64,000 nucleotides of DNA from Dehalococcoidia bacterium (GTDB lineage: Bacteria > Chloroflexota > Dehalococcoidia > Bin125), in assembly GCA_963663895.2 (NCBI GenBank), contig CAXXRD010000001.1, positions 96,001 to 160,000 of the forward strand, written 5' to 3'. A program made the translations under genes and the position numbers. Positions 43,077 to 51,288 of this stretch are shown in pieces (positions within the stretch are counted from its first letter, which is position 1; the number at the start of each line of letters is the position of its first letter). The notes beneath the pieces are model-generated. The model ran no database searches. It was not told where the DNA came from and saw only the letters and a list, made by a program, of their open reading frames with translations.

Positions 43077-43205
43077 GCGTAGCGGCCCGGCATCTTGCAT
43101 CGCGGAGCAGGCGCTTGATGTTGCCCGTACCGAAGCGTTGGGTGAAGCAGCGTCCAACATCACAAAGAAGCTGCGAGCATCTCGCCGGGACTGTCGACCG
43201 TCAGC

Positions 43206-44195
43206 CTAGCCGTCGCCAGCCACGTCCAAGACAATCTTGCCGAAGTTCTTATTCGCTTCCATGTAGCGGTGGGCTGCCGCGGCCTCTCGAAGCGGGAATA
43301 CTCGGTCGATGATCGGTCGGAAGGTCCCATTGATAAGACGCGGCTCCACCCACTCCCGATAGCGCCGCGTGATCGCAACGCGATTCTCCAGAGGTTGCGA
43401 CCGCATCGCCGTCCCGATCACCCGCAGCCGCCTCGAGAGGATCAGCCCCAGATTTGCCTCAACCTTCGCCCCACCCATCAGCCCTACCAGAATGAGCCGG
43501 CCAGCGGCATTGAGCGACGCGAGGTTGCGGTCCCAATACGACGCGCCCAGCACATCCAGGATCACGTCTACACCCTTGCCTTCAGTGCGCTCTTTCACTA
43601 CCGCCCCGAACTCTTCACGTTTGTAGTTAATCGCCACGTCCGCGCCCAACTCACGGGCACGAGCGCATTTCTCGTCGGAGCCAGCCGTAACCCATACCGC
43701 TGCTCCCACTTCTTTACCGATCTGGATGGCCGCGATCCCAACTCCGCTGCCGCCAGCATGGATCAACGTCCGTTCTCCCGCAGCGAGATGGCCGAGCGTG
43801 CGCAGCGCCTCGTTGGCGGTATAGAAGACCTCAGGGATCGCAGCCGCGTACTGGTAGCTCCAGCCATCAGGAATAGGCAGTGCCAGCGCTTCGTGGATGG
43901 TCGCCCATTCACCGTAACCGCCACCTCCGCTCAGCCCATAGACGCGGTCGCCCGGCCGAAAGGCTCCCACGTCCCGACCGACTGCCTGTACCTCACCCGC
44001 CAACTCCAATCCGAGGATCGGCGAGGCGCCCGGTCCCGCTGCGTAGAGCCCGCGCCGCTGGAGGATGTCCGCGCGGTTGAGTGCCGACGCATGCACCCGG
44101 ACCAGTAAATCCTGATCTCCCATCCCCGGGGCGTCAACCTCAGCGAGGCGCATGACCTCCGCTTCGCCCGGTTCGTCGAACACGATCGCCTTCAT
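43206..44195 (-). CDS. NAD(P)H:quinone oxidoreductase, PIG3/zeta-crystallin family
   Basis: LNRADILQRRG, LGLE, HAGGSGVG, GKIVL. Confidence 0.93.
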   Translation of the reverse strand: MKAIVFDEPGEAEVMRLAEVDAPGMGDQDLLVRVHASALNRADILQRRGLYAAGPGASPILGLELAGEVQAVGRDVGAFRPGDRVYGLSGGGGYGEWATIHEALALPIPDGWSYQYAAAIPEVFYTANEALRTLGHLAAGERTLIHAGGSGVGIAAIQIGKEVGAAVWVTAGSDEKCARARELGADVAINYKREEFGAVVKERTEGKGVDVILDVLGASYWDRNLASLNAAGRLILVGLMGGAKVEANLGLILSRRLRVIGTAMRSQPLENRVAITRRYREWVEPRLINGTFRPIIDRVFPLREAAAAHRYMEANKNFGKIVLDVAGDG

Positions 44196-45283
44196 ACGGG
44201 TACCTTTCGCAGCGGGACAAGCTTACAAAGCGCCCGGGCGCGCTCGATCAGCGAGGCCACATCGGGCGCACTACGGTCGGCAGCCGCGGGCGGCAACCCC
44301 ACAGGATCCGCTGCGGGCGGATTGCCCAGGAGCACGTCGAGACAGTGACGCGTCGCCCAAGCGATCGCTTCCAAGTCATAGCCGCCCTCGAGCACATAGA
44401 CCTGCCCAGCGCGCAGCTCCGCAGCGACGTAGGCGAGACGTTGCGCGATCGCGCGGTATCCGTCGCCACTGAGGCTGTGAGCAGCCAGCGGGTCACGCCA
44501 GTGCGCGTCGAAGCCAGCGGAGACCAGCAGCATCGACGGTTGAAAGCGTCGCAATGCAGGCAAAATCACCTCGTCGAAGCATTGGAGGTAAGCCCCGTCG
44601 CCACACCCGGCCGGCAAAGGGAGATTGATTGTTGTGCCGGCCGCAGCTCCGCGCCCCGTCTCCTCCAGCCGCCCCGTGCCCGGGTAGTAGGGAAACTGGT
44701 GCAGGCTCACATAAAGGAGACGCGGCTCATCCCAGAAGATCTCTTGTGTTCCGTTGCCGTGATGGACGTCGAAATCGACGATCGCCACGCGGTCGGCCGC
44801 GCCGGAAGCGAAAAGCTGCGCCGCTGCCACCGCGACATGGTTGGTCAGGCAGAACCCCATCGCCCGATCGCCAGTCGCATGGTGCCCTGGAGGACGAGGA
44901 AGGCAGAAAGCCGACTCGATCTCGCCTCGCGCGACTCGCTCTGCGGCCCTCAGCACGCCACCGGAGGCGAGACGCGCGGCACGCCACGAGCCCTCGCTCA
45001 CAAAAGTGTCCGCATCCAGCGCCACCCGTCGGGACTGCGCAGCAGCATCGGCCCGGGCGAGCCCGGCAAGGAAGGGGGCAGCATGGACCCGCCGCAGCGC
45101 CTCCTCCGACGCTTCCACCGCATCGATCGCAATGACTCGCTCTAGCAGACCAGCAGCCTCAAGCACGGCCTCGATCGCGACGAGCCGCTGGGGACGCTCG
45201 GGATGCTGGGGCGGTGTCTCATGATCGCGGAAGCGCGCATCGCGCAGCAACCCGACTTTGATCACCGAGGGTGCCACGCCCAT
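44192..45283 (-). CDS. Histone deacetylase family (Zn-dependent) amidohydrolase
   Basis: HPERPQR, RPPGHHA, GFC, DFDVHHGNGTQ, AGFDAH, LEGGY. Start ATG 45283 or GTG 45277. Confidence 0.93.
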   Translation of the reverse strand: MGVAPSVIKVGLLRDARFRDHETPPQHPERPQRLVAIEAVLEAAGLLERVIAIDAVEASEEALRRVHAAPFLAGLARADAAAQSRRVALDADTFVSEGSWRAARLASGGVLRAAERVARGEIESAFCLPRPPGHHATGDRAMGFCLTNHVAVAAAQLFASGAADRVAIVDFDVHHGNGTQEIFWDEPRLLYVSLHQFPYYPGTGRLEETGRGAAAGTTINLPLPAGCGDGAYLQCFDEVILPALRRFQPSMLLVSAGFDAHWRDPLAAHSLSGDGYRAIAQRLAYVAAELRAGQVYVLEGGYDLEAIAWATRHCLDVLLGNPPAADPVGLPPAAADRSAPDVASLIERARALCKLVPLRKVPV

Positions 45284-45337
45284 GATGCTAACACGGAGGC
45301 GCCGACTTCCCGATGCCACTGCTAGCCTGAGGCGCGC

Positions 45338-47230
45338 ATGTACGTCATCGGCACTGCCGGCCATGTCGACCACGGTAAGAGCCGACTGGTCCGCGCGCTT
45401 ACCGGCATCGACCCGGATCGTCTGGCCGAGGAGAAGACGCGCGGCCTCACCATCGATCTCGGCTTCGCTTGGCTAACGCTGCCCAGTAGCCGGGAAGTCA
45501 GCATCGTCGACGTCCCGGGGCACGAGCGCTTCATCAAGAACATGCTCGCCGGCGTAGGAGGGATCGACCTCGCGTTGCTTGTCGTCGCAGCGGACGAAGG
45601 GGTCATGCCGCAAACACGGGAGCACCTCGCGATCCTCGATCTGCTGGAGGTCACGCACGGCGTTGTCGCACTCACCAAGAGAGACCTGGTCGACCGTGAC
45701 TGGCTCGATCTAGTGGAGGCGGAGGTACAGGAAACGATCGCAAGAACCTCGCTCAGCGGATCATCGATCGTTCGCTGCTCCGGCGAGACCGGCGATGGTT
45801 TGGCGACCCTCCGGACTGCACTCGACGAGGCCCTTGAGCACCTGCCGCCCAAACGTGATGTGGGACGTCCGCGTCTTCCGATCGACCGCGCCTTCACCAT
45901 TAGCGGGTTCGGTACGGTCGTGACCGGAACCCTCATCGACGGGGTACTGCATGTGGGCGACCAGGTCGCACTAGTACCGGGTGGGATCCAGGCGCGTGTG
46001 CGCGGCTTGCAGAACCACGGACGCAACGTCGACGCAGCAGAACCAGGGACCCGTACAGCGGTCAACCTGAGCGGCGTCTCGACGAGCGATCTGCCTCGCG
46101 GCACCGTCCTTACCACGCCGGACTGGCTCCAACCGACCACCGCCATCGACGTGCGACTGCGCGTCACTCCGGACGCGCCCCGACCGATCAAGCACAACGC
46201 CCGCGTCAGTTTCCACTGTGGCGCCGCCGAGGCCCAAGCTCGTATTCGTCTGCTGGAGCAAGAGCACCTCGAGCCCGACGCCGCCGGCTGGGCGCAGATC
46301 CGGCTGGAGGAGTCCATCGCTGTCGCGCGAGGCGACTTTTTCATCGTGCGCGCCACCGACGCCACAATCGGCGGCGGACGGGTGGTCGACTCCCGAGCGC
46401 GCCGACATCGCCGCAGCGACCCGGCGACCACTGCTGCGCTGGAGCTGCTGCTGGCTGGAGGAGCGGATGAAACAGTGCTCACCCACCTTCAACGGATGGA
46501 GCCCGCGCCACTGGCAGAGCTTGGCCGCCGGAGCGAGCTGGAAGCGCGCACGCTACGCGACGCCGTCGAGCGCCAGGTAGCGAATGAGACGATCGTGCAC
46601 CTCGGCGACGGGCCCCTCCATGACGCCAGCCTTCTCATCACCAGCGCAGGTCATGCAGCACTCGTGAAGCGCGCACGCAGCTTTGTTCAGGCATTCGTCG
46701 ACGATCATCCGCTCCGCCCCGGGATCCCGCGAGAGGAGCTGCGCAGCCGTCTCGGCCACTCAGCGAAGACCTACACGGCTCTGGAGCAATCCTTCGTGCG
46801 TCGCGGCGCGCTCGTCGTGCGGGGCGGTGCGCTCGACTTGCCCGACCGCATCGTGACGCTCAGTCAGGATCAGCGCGAGACGGCCGACCGCTTCCTCGCG
46901 GCACTACGCAACGGCGGCACGCAGCCCCCGGCGAGTAGCACCATCGAGCCGGAGTTGCTCAGCTACATGGAAGCGCGCAGGGAGATCGTGCGCGTGGCAG
47001 AGGGACTGTACTTCGATCCGGTGGCGCACAAGGCGCTCACGGCTCGGATCACCGCCATGCTAGCGGAGCGCGGGGAGATCACCCTGGCGGAGGTGCGTGA
47101 CCTGCTGCGCACGAGCCGCAAGTACGCCCAGGCGATCCTGGAGGACCTCGACCGGCGCCGCATTACGCGGCGCGTAGGCGACGTTCGCGTTCTGCGCGAA
47201 GCAACGAGAAAAGCGCAAACGGAACGCTAG
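45338..47230 (+). CDS. selB: Selenocysteine-specific elongation factor
   Basis: [34 protein letters not shown]-terminal winged helix [14 protein letters not shown]. Confidence 0.96.
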   Translation: MYVIGTAGHVDHGKSRLVRALTGIDPDRLAEEKTRGLTIDLGFAWLTLPSSREVSIVDVPGHERFIKNMLAGVGGIDLALLVVAADEGVMPQTREHLAILDLLEVTHGVVALTKRDLVDRDWLDLVEAEVQETIARTSLSGSSIVRCSGETGDGLATLRTALDEALEHLPPKRDVGRPRLPIDRAFTISGFGTVVTGTLIDGVLHVGDQVALVPGGIQARVRGLQNHGRNVDAAEPGTRTAVNLSGVSTSDLPRGTVLTTPDWLQPTTAIDVRLRVTPDAPRPIKHNARVSFHCGAAEAQARIRLLEQEHLEPDAAGWAQIRLEESIAVARGDFFIVRATDATIGGGRVVDSRARRHRRSDPATTAALELLLAGGADETVLTHLQRMEPAPLAELGRRSELEARTLRDAVERQVANETIVHLGDGPLHDASLLITSAGHAALVKRARSFVQAFVDDHPLRPGIPREELRSRLGHSAKTYTALEQSFVRRGALVVRGGALDLPDRIVTLSQDQRETADRFLAALRNGGTQPPASSTIEPELLSYMEARREIVRVAEGLYFDPVAHKALTARITAMLAERGEITLAEVRDLLRTSRKYAQAILEDLDRRRITRRVGDVRVLREATRKAQTER

Positions 47231-48450
47231 ACAGACGAGCGTCCCGCAGGCATGCTTTCGCCCTCGCCGCGCAGGAAGAAGAGCCACCGCCGGATCGAAC
47301 CTTCCTCCCACAGAACGACGATCTGGCTGGCTACCGCGACCGAAGAGTAGGTACCCGCAACGGCCCCGACCAACAGCACGAGCACGAACGGCCGAATCGT
47401 GACGCCTCCGATCAGGAACAGCGCGATCAGCGCGACGATGAGCGTGATCGAAGTGTTCAGAGAGCGCCCTAACGTCTGGGTGATCGCAGCATTCACCGTC
47501 TCACGAATCCCCCCTCGCCCCTCGAGCAGGAGTTCCCGGATACGGTCGAATACGACGATCGTGTCGTTCACGCTGTAGCCGATGACGGCCAGCAACGCCG
47601 TCACGAACATTGCGTTTACCTCGTAACCGGCGGCCTGTCCAAGAATCGCAAAGATTCCCGTCACGATCGTGACGTCGTGGGCCAAAGCGACCAACGTCGC
47701 CACCCCATAGAGCAGTGGCTTGGGGAGGCGGCGGAACGCCAAGCTGATGTAGATCAGAATCGCCACCGCCGCGACCGCCACAGCGATTCCCGCGTCGCGC
47801 GCGATCTCCGAACTGAGCACCCCCGACACGAGATCGGACTGCAAGACCGCGATCGGCCCCACGTCCGCTTCGAGTGCAGCCAAGGCTTCGCCGCGCAGTG
47901 CCGCCGTATCGCCATCATCTCCCTCTTGCAAGCGGATCTTGAAGGTTTGGGCTTCCGTAGGTTGGACGCGCGCGTCGGCTTGCCCGATCGCGCTCAGCGC
48001 TTCACGCACCTGCTCTTGCGTCACATCCGCCGGGAACCACACCTCAACCTCGACCGAGGTGTCGGTGCTGAACACGTCCACGAATCGCACCGGCGCCAGG
48101 CGCTCGTCGAGCCGATTCTGCTGAGCAACAGCCAAGGCCGCGGTGTCGCTCCCCGCGCGGGGGGCATAGGTGATGCTGAAAGCCCCCGCATCTCCTTCGT
48201 CTACATCGACCGTCAGATCGCGGTATTCAACCTTCAAGTCCTCGACCGCCGCCGTCACGTCTTCGGCGGTCACGGCACGCACAAAACGCGTCTCGATCTC
48301 GACGCCGCCCACGAAATCGATACCCGGAGTGAATTGCCAGATTGCAAGCGCCGCGATACACGGAGCGAGGAGTCCGCTGGAGATCAGCCCGAAGTAGCGA
48401 CGCCAACCGACGAAGTCGATCATCGCCCCTGCGGTAGCGCGTAGCGACAT
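47227..48450 (-). CDS. secF: Protein translocase subunit SecF (duplicated extracytoplasmic domain)
   Basis: GIDFVGG, LAHDV, GYSVNDTIVVFDRIRE, RSLNTS, GTYSS. Confidence 0.96.
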   Translation of the reverse strand: MSLRATAGAMIDFVGWRRYFGLISSGLLAPCIAALAIWQFTPGIDFVGGVEIETRFVRAVTAEDVTAAVEDLKVEYRDLTVDVDEGDAGAFSITYAPRAGSDTAALAVAQQNRLDERLAPVRFVDVFSTDTSVEVEVWFPADVTQEQVREALSAIGQADARVQPTEAQTFKIRLQEGDDGDTAALRGEALAALEADVGPIAVLQSDLVSGVLSSEIARDAGIAVAVAAVAILIYISLAFRRLPKPLLYGVATLVALAHDVTIVTGIFAILGQAAGYEVNAMFVTALLAVIGYSVNDTIVVFDRIRELLLEGRGGIRETVNAAITQTLGRSLNTSITLIVALIALFLIGGVTIRPFVLVLLVGAVAGTYSSVAVASQIVVLWEEGSIRRWLFFLRGEGESMPAGRSSV

Positions 48451-48451
48451 C

Positions 48452-50158
48452 TCAGTCTCCGCTGCCCGACCGTACCGTGTTGGAAACCAGCTCCCCGCGC
48501 TCCGGGAGCTCCACCCCCAAAAGCGCGGGCCGACGCGGTGACACGACCCCCACGATGAGATTGAGGAATGTACGCGTCACGAAGATCGCAGAAACCATGC
48601 TGAAGATCGTGCCGATGAACAATGTGAGCGCGAAAGACTTGATCAGGTTGGCATTGAACTGATCGCCGAAGAAGTACAGGATCGCGACCGTGATCAGCGT
48701 CGACACATTGGAATCGCGAATAGCGGGCCAGGCGCGGTTGAATCCAATATCGATAGATCGGGAGAGGTTGCGCCCGAGTCGCAGCTCTTCCCGCATCCGC
48801 TCGAAGATCAGGATATTGCCGTCGACAGCAAGTCCGAGTGACAGGACGAACCCCGCGATCCCCGCCAGCGTGAGCGTGACCGGCACCAGCTTGAACGTCG
48901 TCATCACCACCACCGCGTATACGATCAATGCCAGTGCACCGAGCACACCCGGTAGCCGGTAGTAGACGACCATGAATAAGACGATCGCCAAGAACGCGAC
49001 CAGGCCCGCTTGCACTGTGTCCACCACCGAGTCCTTCCCCAACGTGGCCGAAACTTCCGTTTCCTGTAGCACGCTGAGGTTGAGCGGCAGCGAACCAGCC
49101 CGCAGCTGACGGCGGAGCACGGTTGCCTCGGTCTCCGTCAGGCCGCTGATCACGCCCCGATCTGCAATAACCGCCCTGACGAGCGGCGCGCTCACCAGTT
49201 GGCCATCCAAGAAGATCCCGAGTGGCTCTTGCCCCTGCACGAGACGACGTGTGATCTGCTCGAAAAGCCGGGCGCCCTCGTCGTCGAAACGGAACGTGAG
49301 TGCCGGCTGGCCTTGGTCCAGGGTGCGCTGGATCGAATCCGCGATGAGAAACTCGCCCGTCAGCTGTTGCTCGTCGCCCAGCGCGTTCCGCCCGGCCGCA
49401 GGGATCCAGCGCGAGCCGTCGTCCGCCACGACGACGTCCAAGTCCATATCGGTCACGGCGAAGGTAGCGATGCGGGGTGCCGCCGCAATCGTCGGCTCCT
49501 GGAATGAATCCTCCAGGGTGTTGCGGATCTGGTTCGGTGTTGGCGGCGGCGGCTGGCTCACCACAAACGGGTCACGCTCGCGGAACTCCAGCAGCGCGAC
49601 CGATCCCACCAGGTCCGCAGCCTCCTCCCCGGTGACGCCCGGGATCTGGACATTGAGACGATCGCTGCCCAGAGAAGTGACCTCGGCCTCGGAGACGCCG
49701 AATCCGCTGACGCGCTGCTCGATGATTTCACGCGCTTGCTGCACGGCCGACTCTAGCTCCTCGCCCTCCAACGTGAGCGGAAGCGTGAGGCGGGCGACCT
49801 CCTCCGGAAGTGGACGAGAATAGTCCGCCGGATCAACCGAGCCGAGTTGGCGATTGAGCCCCACGAGGTCCTCAATGCCGACGCCGTTGCGTTCAGCGAA
49901 CCGCTCGAGTGATTCGCCTGGGCGGACTAGTAAAGAGGTGCCGGTCGCCTCGAGCGTGACCGAAACCCCTCCGGCCAAGTCCAGCCCTAACCGGAACTCT
50001 TCACGCTCGAATCCCCCCACGTCGATTCCCCCACCGCTCGGCCAGGGGATAAAGTTCGGCAGATACCGGCCCGGATTCCCCGGCCACGTGACGATCACGC
50101 CGAAGATCGTCACTGCAACGATTACTACGGCCGCGAGTTGGTTCTGCCGACTACGCAC
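48452..50158 (-). CDS. secD: Protein translocase subunit SecD with LysM-like insert
   Basis: LGLDLAGG, RVSGFGVSE, AGSLP, AVDGNILIFERMREE, IRDSN. Confidence 0.96.
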   Translation of the reverse strand: MRSRQNQLAAVVIVAVTIFGVIVTWPGNPGRYLPNFIPWPSGGGIDVGGFEREEFRLGLDLAGGVSVTLEATGTSLLVRPGESLERFAERNGVGIEDLVGLNRQLGSVDPADYSRPLPEEVARLTLPLTLEGEELESAVQQAREIIEQRVSGFGVSEAEVTSLGSDRLNVQIPGVTGEEAADLVGSVALLEFRERDPFVVSQPPPPTPNQIRNTLEDSFQEPTIAAAPRIATFAVTDMDLDVVVADDGSRWIPAAGRNALGDEQQLTGEFLIADSIQRTLDQGQPALTFRFDDEGARLFEQITRRLVQGQEPLGIFLDGQLVSAPLVRAVIADRGVISGLTETEATVLRRQLRAGSLPLNLSVLQETEVSATLGKDSVVDTVQAGLVAFLAIVLFMVVYYRLPGVLGALALIVYAVVVMTTFKLVPVTLTLAGIAGFVLSLGLAVDGNILIFERMREELRLGRNLSRSIDIGFNRAWPAIRDSNVSTLITVAILYFFGDQFNANLIKSFALTLFIGTIFSMVSAIFVTRTFLNLIVGVVSPRRPALLGVELPERGELVSNTVRSGSGD

Positions 50159-50214
50159 TGCGCTTGATCACCGCCCAAGCCTGTAGGGCATGATACGGAC
50201 CACTGTGCTTGCGA

Positions 50215-50571
50215 TCATGGAAGGGAATCGCGAGACGAAGGACCCGGTGCCGAGGCGCTGAAATCACGTTCGAGGTCTGGTGCCACTCGGTCTATCGTGT
50301 CGACGGAGCGGATGAGCTCCGCCACCGCAGAACTCCGAGCCCGCACCACGAACGCATCGCCGAGGCGCAGATAGAGGACCATGGGGCCATCTGGAGGCGT
50401 CTCGACTGCGTCGACGGTCGCGATGAATCCCCCGGTCGTCAGAATCTCGTCACCAACGCGGAGCGCATTTAAGTCTCGGCGCCGACGGCGCTGCTCGGAG
50501 CGCGTCGGGCGCACGAAAAAAATATAGAAGAGCAAAACCACGAGGATCGTGATGAGAATAACTTCGGCCAT
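50215..50571 (-). CDS. yajC: Preprotein translocase subunit YajC
   Basis: FYIFFVRP, LRVGDEILTTGG; upstream of secD; AAGGGAGG SD. Confidence 0.9.
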   Translation of the reverse strand: MAEVILITILVVLLFYIFFVRPTRSEQRRRRRDLNALRVGDEILTTGGFIATVDAVETPPDGPMVLYLRLGDAFVVRARSSAVAELIRSVDTIDRVAPDLERDFSASAPGPSSRDSLP

Positions 50572-50649
50572 TGCACGGCCTCCCTTAAATCATCTGCAGG
50601 TGCAGCCTAGCGGCTAAGCGCGCCGGGCCGGCGGGATAGGTAACCTAAG

Positions 50650-51207
50650 TTAGTCCGGGGAGCCGGGGCGGGAGGTCGTGGCGCCCGCACTCCGCACGTC
50701 GCGCTCGCCATCCGCATCCATACGCGCGAGCTCCTCCAGCGTATAAAGGTCATCCATCGTTTCCAAGTGGTCGATATAAATCGTGCCGTTGATATGGTCG
50801 ATCTCGTGCTCGAGAGCCTGCGCGAGCAGGTTGTCTTCCGCCTTCACTCGAATCCCTTTCCCTTCCCGATTGAGGCCTTTGGCGAGCACTTTCACCGAGC
50901 GTCGGATCTCCCCGCGATAGCCGGGCACGCTCAGACACCCCTCAAAGAGGCGGCGCGTGCCCGACCGCTTCACGATCTCTGGATTGATCAGCGCGACCGG
51001 CTCTTCGTTCGGCAGTCCGATCACGACCACTCGCAGCGAAACACCGATCTGCGGCGCCGCGATGCCAACCCCCTCCGCGGCATACATCGATTCGATCATG
51101 TCGTCGATCAGTGTCTGGATCGATGCATCGATCCGGCTGATCTTATTGGCCTTGCGCCGCAGCACGGTGGCATCGGTGGGCAGCACGCGCACCGGTAAGA
51201 CGGTCAT
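50650..51207 (-). CDS. def: Peptide deformylase
   Basis: GVGIAAPQIG, EGCLS, HEIDH. Confidence 0.96.
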   Translation of the reverse strand: MTVLPVRVLPTDATVLRRKANKISRIDASIQTLIDDMIESMYAAEGVGIAAPQIGVSLRVVVIGLPNEEPVALINPEIVKRSGTRRLFEGCLSVPGYRGEIRRSVKVLAKGLNREGKGIRVKAEDNLLAQALEHEIDHINGTIYIDHLETMDDLYTLEELARMDADGERDVRSAGATTSRPGSPD

Positions 51208-51288
51208 CCCACTCCTCTACTGGATGAATGCTCCTCTCATCTTGCGGTGCGTACCCGACCATGGACAAGCGATCGGGCGTCCGTCCTG

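Noticed and set aside
43140-43155. SRP RNA (GAAGCAGC seen)
   Set aside because: Lacks the CAGG...GNRA helix-8 context.
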